Origin: Candidatus Calescibacterium sp.
Lineage (GTDB): Bacteria > Calescibacteriota > Calescibacteriia > Calescibacteriales > Calescibacteriaceae
Direction of reading: 5' to 3'
NCBI GenBank assembly: GCA_032249135.1
Contig: JAVVGL010000030.1
Span: 1 to 23,172, forward strand
DNA: 23,172 bases
Shown here one piece after another: positions 8,310-17,813 of the stretch. A program made the translations under genes and the position numbers. How positions within the stretch are numbered: position 1 is the first letter of the stretch; each line of letters begins with the position of its first letter. The notes beneath the pieces are model-generated. The model saw nothing but the letters and a program-made list of their open reading frames with translations. It was not told where the DNA came from and did not search any database.

Positions 8310-9281
8310 ATGAGCATATTAGTTGTGGCAGAAACAAGGAATGGAGAATTAAAAAAGGCTTCTTTATCTGCTGTAACTTGTGCAAGAATATTGGCAGAAA
8401 AAACAGGTTTAAACTACAATATCTTAACCTTTGAACCTTCTGACAAAACAAAAGAAGAGCTATCACAACTTGGAGCTGAAAAACTTTTCGTTGCAAAAGG
8501 AGAACAACTGAAAAATTACACAGCTGAAAATTATGCAATTGCAGTATCAGAAATAGCTAAAAAAGTAGATGCAAAATATATTTTAGCAACAGCTACAACT
8601 TTCGGTAAAGATTTGCTACCAAGACTTGTGGCCAAAATTCCAAATTCAGCGATGGTATCAGAAGTAATAGAAGTTATAGATGGTGAGACCTTCAAAAGAC
8701 TTATGTATGCAGGAGACATAATAGCAACCCTGAAAATAAAATCAGAAAAGAAGGTTTTATCAGTAAGAGGTACTGCCTTTGATAAAGCTGGAAAAGTTGA
8801 TAAAAAATCCGAAATCGTTGAAGAAGAAATAAAAGAAAGTTATCCAAGGAAAAGATTTATAAAACTTGAAGAAACAAAATCAGAAAGACCAGAACTTACA
8901 GAAGCTTCAATAGTTGTATCAGTTGGAAGAGGAATAAAAGATCCAGAAAACATAAAGATTATAGAAGAACTTGCGGATGTTCTCGGAGCAGCAATAGGAG
9001 CGTCAAGAGCAGTCGTAGATGCTGGATGGCTCCCCAATGACTTCCAAGTAGGACAAACAGGAAAAACAGTCGCTCCTCAACTTTATATCGCAATAGGAAT
9101 CTCTGGTGCAATTCAGCACGTTGCAGGAATGAAAGATTCAAAAGTTATAGTAGCCATAAACAAAGACCCAGAAGCTCCTATTTTCCAAATAGCAGATATA
9201 GGACTTGTTGCAGACCTATTCCAGGCAGTTCCTGAACTCACTCAAAAACTCAAAAAATTAAAGCAAGAGAGCGGTGGATAA
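8310..9281 (+). CDS. etfA: Electron transfer flavoprotein alpha subunit
   Basis: [78 protein letters not shown]. Confidence 0.96.
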   Translation: MSILVVAETRNGELKKASLSAVTCARILAEKTGLNYNILTFEPSDKTKEELSQLGAEKLFVAKGEQLKNYTAENYAIAVSEIAKKVDAKYILATATTFGKDLLPRLVAKIPNSAMVSEVIEVIDGETFKRLMYAGDIIATLKIKSEKKVLSVRGTAFDKAGKVDKKSEIVEEEIKESYPRKRFIKLEETKSERPELTEASIVVSVGRGIKDPENIKIIEELADVLGAAIGASRAVVDAGWLPNDFQVGQTGKTVAPQLYIAIGISGAIQHVAGMKDSKVIVAINKDPEAPIFQIADIGLVADLFQAVPELTQKLKKLKQESGG

Positions 9282-9316
9282 TTTGATTTGGAAAAACCAA
9301 ATTATGAGAGGTTAAA

Positions 9317-10384
9317 CTATTCGGAGAAAATGTGTTCAAAAATCTTTTCACCGAAATCAAAACTTGTAAAGAACTTGGCTACTTCTTTTGATTTTACTTC
9401 AAGTTCTTTTCTCAAAGTTTCATTTTTGTAAAGAAGAAGAATTTTTTCAGCTAAGTCTTTTGGGCTTTTTGGATCAAAAAATATAGCACATTTTCCAAGA
9501 GTCTCTCTAAAAACAGGTATGTCAGACACAATAACAGCTTTTCCAAAACAGCAAGCTTCAAGAGGTGGTATGCCCTGTCCTTCATCAAGAGATGGAAAAA
9601 CAAAAAAAATTGAATTTTTATACAACCACCTCAAAATATTTTCGTCAATATTTTCAAGTATTTTGATTTTATCTGTTTCAGAAATTCTTTGAGCTTTGCG
9701 TCCTCCACCACCCGCGAGCACAAGCTTTAAATCTAATTTATTTTCTATCAATCTGAAAGCCTCAACCAATGTCCCTACATTTTTGTGAGGATTGAAATTT
9801 CCAACATACAAAATAAACTTACCGGGCTCTATCCCTTTTTCCCTCAAAATTTCATAATTAGAAGATGGAATTTTCCCCGATTCAATAATGTAAGATAAAT
9901 CTTGATATACCCTTATCACCTCTCTCTTTACAAGCCTTTGTATCTTATATTTTGAGGTATCTGTTAGAGTAAAAATTTTTTTTGGTAATCTACCAAAAAC
10001 TTTGAGAAAAGCAAGCTGATACCAGGAGAAATCAATAAGGTCAGCAACGAAAATAAAAACTTCTGTTCTCAAAAAAGGAAGTATAATGGGGAATTTAGGG
10101 TATATTGAGAAAAATCTTTTTGTCTTTCCGAAAATTGCCAAAGGTATAAAAATCTGGTCATAAAAAGCTCCCGATCTTTTTAGAAAAATGAAATCAAACT
10201 TATTATCAAACTTATTCCCCTCAAATATTTCCTTTAAAAAATCTGTATCCGTTGTATTATCAGCAATAATGAGAGAACTCTTTTTGTTTTTTGAAACATT
10301 TTTCAAAAATGATACAAGACATCTTGAAAGCCCTGTTTTCCTGCCGCGTACTATCTCCCTACAATCAATACAAATTTCAAACAC
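9317..10384 (-). CDS. Glycosyltransferase family 4 (group 1)
   Basis: FILYVGNFNPHKN, FVFPSLDEGQGIPPLEA (E-x7-E), VIVSDIPVFRE. Confidence 0.9.
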   Translation of the reverse strand: MFEICIDCREIVRGRKTGLSRCLVSFLKNVSKNKKSSLIIADNTTDTDFLKEIFEGNKFDNKFDFIFLKRSGAFYDQIFIPLAIFGKTKRFFSIYPKFPIILPFLRTEVFIFVADLIDFSWYQLAFLKVFGRLPKKIFTLTDTSKYKIQRLVKREVIRVYQDLSYIIESGKIPSSNYEILREKGIEPGKFILYVGNFNPHKNVGTLVEAFRLIENKLDLKLVLAGGGGRKAQRISETDKIKILENIDENILRWLYKNSIFFVFPSLDEGQGIPPLEACCFGKAVIVSDIPVFRETLGKCAIFFDPKSPKDLAEKILLLYKNETLRKELEVKSKEVAKFFTSFDFGEKIFEHIFSE

Positions 10385-10476
10385 AAAATTATTTTGATGA
10401 AGCCGAAAAAGTTTGCTATTTTTTCCTAACTTTTCCTCTCATTTCATCTACTTTTTTTATATTTTTAGATATATAT

Positions 10477-11610
10477 ATGGATTTAGAGATTGCATTTTAC
10501 TCTCTTGCTTTGACAAAGGTAAGAGGGGTAGGCTCAATAATAGGAAAAAGACTCATTGATTTTTTTGGTTCTGCAAAAAACATCTTTTCAGCAGATAAAG
10601 TGAAGATTGAACAAGCGGCAGGAAAATTTGTAGCAGAGAATATAAAGAAATTTTCAAAATGGAGGGAAGTAGAAGAGGAAATAAAACTTGCTCAAAAGCT
10701 CAATCAGAAAATAGTATGCTACGAAGAAAAAGAAAAATATCCCGCACTCCTCCGAAATATCCCAGACCCCCCAATATGCATATTCTACAAAGGTGAGTTA
10801 GAAAAAGATATGCTCTGTGTAGCAATAGTTGGAACTCGATCACCGTCACAATATGGGATAGAAGTCACAAAACTTTTCTCCTCTTTCTTATCATCTATGG
10901 GAATATGCATAGTTTCCGGACTCGCCTTAGGGATTGACACGGTAGCTCACAAATCCGTAGTTGATGTTGGAGGAAAAACATGGGCAGTTCTTGGTTCATC
11001 AGTAGAAAACATATATCCACAAAGCAATGCACCAATAGCAAAAGAAATATTAAATAAAGGCGGAGCTATAATGAGCGAATTTCCCCCAGGAGTCCCACCT
11101 GCTCCTGAAAACTTCCCAAGAAGGAACAGAATAATTGCTGGAATTTCAAAAGCTGTCCTCATAGCAGAGGCACCAGAAAAATCAGGAGCTCTCATTACGG
11201 CATATCTTGCTCTTGAATACGGGCGCGATGTTTTCGCAGTTCCCGGAAATATAACCTCTAAAAAATCAAAAGGAACAAACAAACTTATAAAGGAAGGAGC
11301 ATTCGTAGCAGAATCACCAGATGATATAATATCAAGAGTCGTACCTCAACTTGGACAAAAAGTAAGAGATGAAAAGATAGGTTTTGTTTCTCCCTTCATA
11401 GCTTATGAAATAAAAAGACAAGATATTTCAGATGAAGAGGAAAAAATTCTTTCCGTTCTTGATGAAGAAACTCCAATCCACATAGATGATATAATCAAAA
11501 GAACAGGACTTGACCCATCACAAGTTCTCTCTACCCTCATTTCACTTGAGTTAAAATCTCTCGTTGTAGAGGAAGGAATGGGATACTACAAAAAACCTCC
11601 AAGCTCATAA
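10477..11610 (+). CDS. dprA: DNA-processing protein DprA (Smf), 377 aa
   Basis: YPALLRNIPDPP, AIVGTRSPSQYG, IVSGLALGIDTVAH, FPRRNRIIAGIS, EAPEKSGALITA, GRDVFAVPG, C-terminal winged helix. Start moved to ATG 10477 because the track's extension overlaps the GT4 gene. Confidence 0.95.
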   Translation: MDLEIAFYSLALTKVRGVGSIIGKRLIDFFGSAKNIFSADKVKIEQAAGKFVAENIKKFSKWREVEEEIKLAQKLNQKIVCYEEKEKYPALLRNIPDPPICIFYKGELEKDMLCVAIVGTRSPSQYGIEVTKLFSSFLSSMGICIVSGLALGIDTVAHKSVVDVGGKTWAVLGSSVENIYPQSNAPIAKEILNKGGAIMSEFPPGVPPAPENFPRRNRIIAGISKAVLIAEAPEKSGALITAYLALEYGRDVFAVPGNITSKKSKGTNKLIKEGAFVAESPDDIISRVVPQLGQKVRDEKIGFVSPFIAYEIKRQDISDEEEKILSVLDEETPIHIDDIIKRTGLDPSQVLSTLISLELKSLVVEEGMGYYKKPPSS

Positions 11611-11701
11611 CACAAAATCAGAATGAGCGATAAAGTAAAAAAGTAAAAGTAAAAAAGTAAAAGTAATTGAATAATAAATTCAAGAGAGAAACAGAATAAT
11701 A

Positions 11702-12394
11702 GTGTCAGAAATTACTCCATTTGATAAAAAAGAAATAGTTGATTGGAAATCGTTTTTTCAAAAATCGTATTTGTCACATTATGAACCATTCAGGAGAAGC
11801 GGATACGGTTCAGAACTTGCTTTATTTCTAAGAAAACTTGTCGTAAAAAGAGCCAAAGAAAAATTTTACAAAGGAGGAAAAATGCTCGACATAGGATGCG
11901 GCATAGGGAACTTTGCTGATTACTTTCAAGATTATTTCGGCATAGATATAATCAAAAGCGCTCTTGAAGAGCTCAAAAATAAACACAAAAAAAATAATGT
12001 TTTAGTATCAGATGCAGAAAAATTGCCTTTCAAAAAAGAATCTTTCTCATTTATAATTGCTGTTGAGGTTCTGCAATACATCAGAAACAAAGAGGAGTTT
12101 TTTGACGAAATTTTCAGAGTTATGAAACCAAATTCCCATGCCGTTCTGATAACTCAAAATCCCGACTCCATAATATGGAAGATAAGACAAAAAAGAAGAG
12201 GAAAATCTCCCCTTGAATTCGCTCATATTCATAAAACAATTGAAAACATAAAAAAAAGGGGAGGAATTATAGTATCTTTTGGAGGACTATACACGCCTTT
12301 TGATCCTTTGCTCTTTTTCTTTTTACCAAACTACAATAAAAAATTCGTGGAAACTTTTGCAAAAGCCTACTGGGTAATTTTCAGGAAACAATAA
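11702..12394 (+). CDS. Class I SAM-dependent methyltransferase (Methyltransf_11-like)
   Basis: MLDIGCGIG, DAEKLPFKKESFS, EIFRVMKPN. Confidence 0.85.
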   Translation: MSEITPFDKKEIVDWKSFFQKSYLSHYEPFRRSGYGSELALFLRKLVVKRAKEKFYKGGKMLDIGCGIGNFADYFQDYFGIDIIKSALEELKNKHKKNNVLVSDAEKLPFKKESFSFIIAVEVLQYIRNKEEFFDEIFRVMKPNSHAVLITQNPDSIIWKIRQKRRGKSPLEFAHIHKTIENIKKRGGIIVSFGGLYTPFDPLLFFFLPNYNKKFVETFAKAYWVIFRKQ

Positions 12395-12397
12395 TTT

Positions 12398-13245
12398 TCA
12401 AAAAATATTAATTTTCAAAGCCTTGATCAAAGCATAAATTACAGGGAGAATAAAAACAAGGAGAGCAAAGGCATTTAGATCGTAAAAAATCTTTCTTGTA
12501 TTGTAAATTGCTCTAACAAAACCAAAGATAGCAAAAACCAAAGAGAAGACAAATACAAAAAAATCAATTCGGTAGATAATTATAAGCCCGAAAAAATAAG
12601 CTAAAACCAAAAGAAAAAGAATAAAAAATTTGAAAAGCTTTTTATCTTGGATAGTGAAAGGTTTGAAACCAGCTTTTTTCCACTCCTCATCACCAAAAAC
12701 ATAAAAGAGCGAAAGAGTATGAGGAAGCTGATAAAAATAAAGAAAAACAGGCAAAAAGAAATCTTTAAAATTAAGAGAAGGTAGATCTTTTGCGGCAAAT
12801 ATACCAGAAATTGGAACAAAAGCCCCAACCAATGCCCCTATGAACAAAGAAAAACTTGTTCTCTTTTTCAAAGGAGTATAAACAAAGTCGTAAATAATGA
12901 AAGCTGAAAAAGCAGGTAAAAAAGCAAGAAAATTAATTTTCACAAGTAAAACAATTCCAACAATAAAAAAAATAGAGAAAATAAAAAGAGCTGTTCCGAC
13001 TTCCATCCTGCCAGCCGGTAAAGGTCGCAACCTTGTTCTCAGCATTATCTTATCTTCTTCTCTTTCAAAAATCTGGTTTAAAGAAGCACTTGCACCAGCT
13101 AAAAAAAAATTCCTAAAAATAAAAGAACTGATTTTGAAGAAAAAATTTCCCCACCAGAAAGAACATATCCGCACAGAGCAGACAAAGCATTAGCCAAAAT
13201 TATACGAAATTTTATAAGCAAAAAAATATCCTTGATCATAACCAT
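12398..13245 (-). pseudogene. ctaB: Protoheme IX farnesyltransferase (heme o synthase, UbiA family), split by a 1-nt frameshift in a T9 run
   Basis: 5' frame MVMIKDIFLLIKFRIILANALSALCGYVL...LGIFF* and 3' frame ..LAGASASLNQIFEREEDKIMLRTRLRPLPAGR...YDFVYTPLKKRT...IGALVGA..YQLPH join at A9 13101-13109. One extra base gives a 282-aa protein. May be a sequencing error. Confidence 0.8.
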
Positions 13246-13322
13246 TGAACTTTTTATTTTAAATAATCTATGAAAGAAAAATTCAAAATGAAAAATATGA
13301 AAATTTTCCAAAAATACGACAG

Positions 13323-13537
13323 CTAATCAACTCTCCACTCTAACGCTTTCTTCTGCAAATCCAAAGAACTGTACTGATCGTGATATTCCTCTAATGCTCC
13401 TGCCCAATCTTGACGAAGTTTTCCGCTTTTTTTAGCCCCCTTTTCTCAATCAGAAATTCTATAAAATCTCTTACCTCTTCTTTTAGCTCAGGAGGTAATT
13501 GTTTAATTAGTTCAATTAATTCTTCCGATATCCCCAT
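13323..13537 (-). pseudogene. DUF2281-like small protein (putative antitoxin type) with a -1 frameshift
   Basis: Not in the ORF track. SD GGAGGTG, ATG 13537: MGISEELIELIKQLPPELKEEVRDFIEFLIEKRGLKK, then in the -1 frame SGKLRQDWAGALEEYHDQYSSLDLQKKALEWRVD* (stop 13323). Resembles DUF2281 proteins as recalled (LPPEL..EV.DFI.FL; LRQDWAGAL; LQKKALEWR). Confidence 0.75.
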
Positions 13538-13601
13538 ATACTTACACCTCCAATTTTCCCGCTAATATTTCTTTATTTATATTATATTTTAAGAAACCAA
13601 A

Positions 13602-15023
13602 TTATTTTGAGTTCAGAATTTTTTTCAAGTTCTCAAAACCACCGGAAAAGCTATACGCTTTAAAACCTAATTTACGATAGTACTTTGCTAATCCCTTACT
13701 TGTAAAACCTCTTTCACATACAAAAACAACAATAGAATCTTTGTATTTTTCTTCATCAAATTCATTTATGCTAATTGAATTAGGAAATTTTTGTGGGAGT
13801 AAGCTGACAACCACAGAATTTGTAGGAATATAATTTATAACATACTCATCTTCTTTCAGTATTTCTTTTATCTTCTCTTCACTTTCATCTAAATCTAACT
13901 CAAAAGTTTCATCAACCAACTTATCTAAAATTCTGACATCAATTTTTTGAATTTCGGAGAAAAACTCGGTAAGATCTGCTCTTGATGTCACAGGACCTGT
14001 AGCAATTCCGCACAACTCTTCAACATTCAAAGATAAATCATAAGTTCCAATACTCTGACTTAAAAAAATAATTTCTTGCTTATCATAGCTTATGAGAGGT
14101 CTTATGATGGGTAATGATATACCAAATTCTGCTGCTCGAATGTTTCTTATAGTTTGACTTGTTGCCTGAAAAATAGCTTCACCTGTGATCAGAGCTTCAT
14201 GACCAAACTTTAAAGCTATTTTTTCACCCGCAAGATACATAAATCTTCTCAAAGCAACCTGTCTTATTTCATTTGGAATCTTTAAAAGTATCTCTTTTAC
14301 TATTTCAGAAAATCTCATAACAAAAAACCGAGGTTTATATCCGTAAAACCAGTTTTCATATAAAGACTTTGCAACAGCCCACACAGGGAAAACTTCGCTC
14401 AAACCCCCAAAAGCGAAGTGAAGAAAATCAACCTTACAACCTCTCTTTGCAACAAGATAAGAAGCCACAGGAGAATCAAATCCACCAGAAAATAAACTCA
14501 AAACAAGATCACCAGAGCCTATGGGCAATCCACCGGGTCCCAGTATTTTCTCAGAAAAAATATATGCTCTGTTGTCTCTTATTTCAACATTTATTTCTAA
14601 ATCCGGGTTTTTCAGATCAACTTTTAGGGCATACGGTCTGAGTTTTGCACCAACCACAATCTCAACATCTCTTGAAGTAAAATTATGATTTCCGCTCCTT
14701 TGACATCTTACAGCAAATGTTTTCCCTTTAACCTCATTTTTAAAAATTTTCTCAACTTTGTTTGCAAGGTCATCTAAATCAGTAAATTCAAAAACCTCGC
14801 ACTCGGAAAAGCTACTAATTCCAAATATTCTTTTGAACAAAGATGGGTCTATATCATCTCCCTGAACATATATTCTTGCAGGTTCGTGAAAAACTTTTGC
14901 ATTTTTTCCATGCTTTTTGAGCGCAGACTTTATGTTCCTGACAACAAGACTTTCAAAATGAAATCTTGATCCTCTCCTCCTATATGTAATATCACTTGTA
15001 AGTCTTATGAGATATGTCTTCAC
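13602..15023 (-). CDS. thiI: tRNA 4-thiouridine synthase with THUMP, PP-loop and C-terminal rhodanese-like domain
   Basis: TFAVRCQRSGNHNFTS (THUMP), GPGGLPIG, SLFSGGFDSPVA (PP-loop), TGEAIFQATSQT, RPLISYDKQEII, EELCG, C-terminal VFVCERG. Confidence 0.93.
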   Translation of the reverse strand: MKTYLIRLTSDITYRRRGSRFHFESLVVRNIKSALKKHGKNAKVFHEPARIYVQGDDIDPSLFKRIFGISSFSECEVFEFTDLDDLANKVEKIFKNEVKGKTFAVRCQRSGNHNFTSRDVEIVVGAKLRPYALKVDLKNPDLEINVEIRDNRAYIFSEKILGPGGLPIGSGDLVLSLFSGGFDSPVASYLVAKRGCKVDFLHFAFGGLSEVFPVWAVAKSLYENWFYGYKPRFFVMRFSEIVKEILLKIPNEIRQVALRRFMYLAGEKIALKFGHEALITGEAIFQATSQTIRNIRAAEFGISLPIIRPLISYDKQEIIFLSQSIGTYDLSLNVEELCGIATGPVTSRADLTEFFSEIQKIDVRILDKLVDETFELDLDESEEKIKEILKEDEYVINYIPTNSVVVSLLPQKFPNSISINEFDEEKYKDSIVVFVCERGFTSKGLAKYYRKLGFKAYSFSGGFENLKKILNSK

Positions 15024-15132
15024 AACTTTACTTTATTCATTTTAAAGAGAAACATCACAGAGCTAATATATTACAGATTTTTTTGATTCCTCAGTGAAAC
15101 ATCAAAAAAACTTGAATATAAAGTTTCCATTC

Positions 15133-17799
15133 TTATACCTTTATTTCTCTTGAAATCCCATTTGCTATAACGAGCATATTAGCAAAGTTTTCAAAATCTT
15201 CAATTTGCTCAAAACGAGGTAAAATTTCTCTTTCAAAATAATCTTTTAACCTTTGATTTCCTCCTTCTTTTCTCATAAATATCCTTTTTAGCTCATTTTT
15301 CAAAATCTCTTTTAAATTTGATAAGTTCTGATTCTTATCTTTGTCATATAACTCTTCAACTACCTCAAGATATTGATAGGGAAATCTACTTGAAATCTCG
15401 TTATTTTTAAACTTGCAAATCAAATCTTCAATAAAACCTATTAAATCCCACTTTCCTCCACATTCTTTCTCCCCTCCACTATGAGTTAAAAACACAAGAC
15501 AAAATCCATTTTTACCATAAACATTTTTTGCTCTTTTTTCTGCTTCATTTACTTTCTTTAAAGCTAAATAAAGCGGATATTTGTGATGAACAATTAAAAT
15601 TCCTGCACTCATGGAAGCTTTTTGACTTAAAATTTCCTTAAATTTCTCCTGCAATTTATAAGCACATCTCAAAACCTCTTCCAGTGGTAAAAATGCCAAA
15701 ACATCATCTCCTCCTGCATAAACAAGCTTTCCATAATGATCATCTTCTACAATCTTTCTAACTTCTTCAAGAGCAAATTGAGATAACTTTCTTGAAAAAG
15801 CTTGGTGAATTGATGGAGAAGTCGGATGTCTTGAACACAAAATTTTTTGAAGTTCATTTCTATCTCTTTCCTCTGAAAATCGTATTAGAGCATCTATTAC
15901 TTTTCCGTGAATTGTATCTTTTATTTTGAGATTAAACTCTCCTTTCAACCATTTTCCGATGTTATCTCCATCCATTTGTAAAATCGCATAGTATCCTGAA
16001 GGATTGATTTGATCCAAAAGTTTTAAAATATTCTGAAAGTCTTGGCTACTAACACTAACTCCATACTCCTTTATAAAATAGTCTTCTTTATAAGTTTCTT
16101 TCATAAGAAATTCTCCATCAATATTATAAAGAGGGTCATTTTTTAATTTTGAAACAGAAATAGAGGAAGGAAGATTTAATTTTTGCCTAAGCTTATCAAA
16201 TTCTTGCTGAAAATTCTTCTTTACACTGTTGTCTAACCTCCTCTTTTCTCCAATGCTTGCCATTTCAGAAGTTGATGGAAATTTTATTTCATCAGATAAA
16301 CCAAATTCATCTTTTATGATTTTCGGAAACAATCTTTTTGTAAGACAAACTCCACAAAGTCTCTCACCTTCTTTTAAAGAAACCTTACTTGATAACTTTT
16401 CCCATATCTCATCATTTTTTGCCTTGCAATTATCCCAGTCTTTTACTTTGTCATAAAACGATTTCCATTTAGAAATATCAGTAGCAAACCACAAAACCTC
16501 AAATTCACCGCAAAGATGACATTTTTCTCCTGGCTGATCAATCTGTCCAAAATCTTTTACACTTTTTCTTGCTCCAAGAAGCTTTTCAGTGAGTTCTAAA
16601 ATTAATGAATAAGCACTTCCAACATTAGCAGGCTTATAATAAGGATGATTAACTACCTGCTCAATTGTTTTATAAAGCTCATTTTTATCAGAAAAAAGTT
16701 CCTTATAATCACTTAAAGCATCATCAGGTAAAATTCCTCTCTTACTCCACGGCATTATAACCCAATAAACTTGAAAGTATGAGGAAAGATGATTTTCTAT
16801 ATCGTTTTGGAGACATGAGTTTTTGGAAAAGTCCTTTATTTCTTCATATACTTTTTGAGCAAAATTTTTCAATTTATTTACAAATGAATTTTGGCATTCT
16901 TCTGCCCATTTTTTCCCATTATCCTCATAAGGGATAACTGCTAAAAATCTATTTGGTAAATTGGCAATTGTGAGTTTTTCTTCTGAATAAGCATTATCAA
17001 TAAACTTTCTAAACCAACTTTCGTTTCCAAAATGTCTATTAAGTAGGTCTCTAAAAGTTTGATTATTAAATTTTAATTCACAAATCCACCTATCAAAAAG
17101 AGGTTGTCCGAGTAGATTTGGAAATATAATAACATCAGGTCCAAATTTTTCAACCAAAGGTTTCATACTTTCCCAAATCAAATAAGAAAGCATGTAGCTT
17201 GCTGACCATAAATCAGATGTTTTTCTTGCTTTTGAAATAAAACTTTGAACAGGTCCAATTGTAAAAAGCAAAAATGCAGGATTTGGTAAAGCTGAAACAA
17301 TAGCTGATGTTTGAACCAGATGGTCATAAATAGAATGGTTTGGTGCCCTTGAATCAGCAGGATGTTTATTTATTTCGGGGAAAATTTCAGGGTAAAATCG
17401 CCACAAAAATAAAAAGATAAATTTTGCTCTTTCTTCCTCATTTGAAAAACTTAATTTTCCTAATTTATCAAATAAATTCAGAACTTTGTTTTCATCAGGA
17501 GATTGAATTTTTTCTTTCCTTTCAGAGAAAATATCTATAAATTCGCATTCGTCATAATTTACTTGCGATTCGGTTTCAAATTGCTTTTCTTTGCTTTGAT
17601 CTTGAAATTGAGGTTTTACTATTATTCTACTTTGAGCTGACGCGAGTTGGTCAGCAAGACTTACATTATCATCTTCTAAGATGTCGTTTGGGAAAATTTT
17701 TTCAAAAAGCTTTTTAGCTTCACTTTTGTGAGTCGCAATAGATTTTATCTTATACGGCGGATCATGAAGTAGAGCTTTCAATTTAAGCTTCCAGTCCAT
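15133..17799 (-). CDS. cas10: Type III-B CRISPR large subunit Cas10/Cmr2 (888 aa)
   Basis: N-terminal ALLHDPP (HD domain), PADSRAPNHSIYDHL, IGPVQSFISKARKTSDLWSASYMLS, Zn finger CHLCG...CGVC, FPSTSEMA, Palm motifs MDGDNIG and LVYAGGDDVLA. Start at ATG 17799 after SD GGGGGTG. Confidence 0.96.
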   Translation of the reverse strand: MDWKLKLKALLHDPPYKIKSIATHKSEAKKLFEKIFPNDILEDDNVSLADQLASAQSRIIVKPQFQDQSKEKQFETESQVNYDECEFIDIFSERKEKIQSPDENKVLNLFDKLGKLSFSNEEERAKFIFLFLWRFYPEIFPEINKHPADSRAPNHSIYDHLVQTSAIVSALPNPAFLLFTIGPVQSFISKARKTSDLWSASYMLSYLIWESMKPLVEKFGPDVIIFPNLLGQPLFDRWICELKFNNQTFRDLLNRHFGNESWFRKFIDNAYSEEKLTIANLPNRFLAVIPYEDNGKKWAEECQNSFVNKLKNFAQKVYEEIKDFSKNSCLQNDIENHLSSYFQVYWVIMPWSKRGILPDDALSDYKELFSDKNELYKTIEQVVNHPYYKPANVGSAYSLILELTEKLLGARKSVKDFGQIDQPGEKCHLCGEFEVLWFATDISKWKSFYDKVKDWDNCKAKNDEIWEKLSSKVSLKEGERLCGVCLTKRLFPKIIKDEFGLSDEIKFPSTSEMASIGEKRRLDNSVKKNFQQEFDKLRQKLNLPSSISVSKLKNDPLYNIDGEFLMKETYKEDYFIKEYGVSVSSQDFQNILKLLDQINPSGYYAILQMDGDNIGKWLKGEFNLKIKDTIHGKVIDALIRFSEERDRNELQKILCSRHPTSPSIHQAFSRKLSQFALEEVRKIVEDDHYGKLVYAGGDDVLAFLPLEEVLRCAYKLQEKFKEILSQKASMSAGILIVHHKYPLYLALKKVNEAEKRAKNVYGKNGFCLVFLTHSGGEKECGGKWDLIGFIEDLICKFKNNEISSRFPYQYLEVVEELYDKDKNQNLSNLKEILKNELKRIFMRKEGGNQRLKDYFEREILPRFEQIEDFENFANMLVIANGISREIKV

Positions 17800-17813
17800 A
17801 TTGGCACCCCCTT

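Noticed and set aside
9285-9304. Hairpin TGATTTGG-AAAAA-CCAAATTA between convergent etfA and the GT4 gene as a terminator
   Set aside because: Stem is short and AT-rich with a mismatch and no clear U-tract; too weak to call.
10291-10476. N-terminal extension of DprA in the track (similar over-extensions for ccrA, the PMI cupin, csx1 and cas10)
   Set aside because: The extensions overlap neighbouring genes or SD sites and lack family similarity; downstream ATGs fit better.
13602-15023. thiI (or the nearby SAM methyltransferase) as a type III accessory gene
   Set aside because: Ordinary housekeeping architecture with no CARF/SAVED sensor; a ~110-bp gap separates thiI from cas10. Adjacency alone is not evidence.
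15123-15138. Minus-strand GTATAAGAATGGAAAC at the cas10 stop resembles the 3' end of a CRISPR repeat
   Set aside because: Single partial match overlapping coding sequence, with no second copy or spacer periodicity. No CRISPR array is visible in the window.
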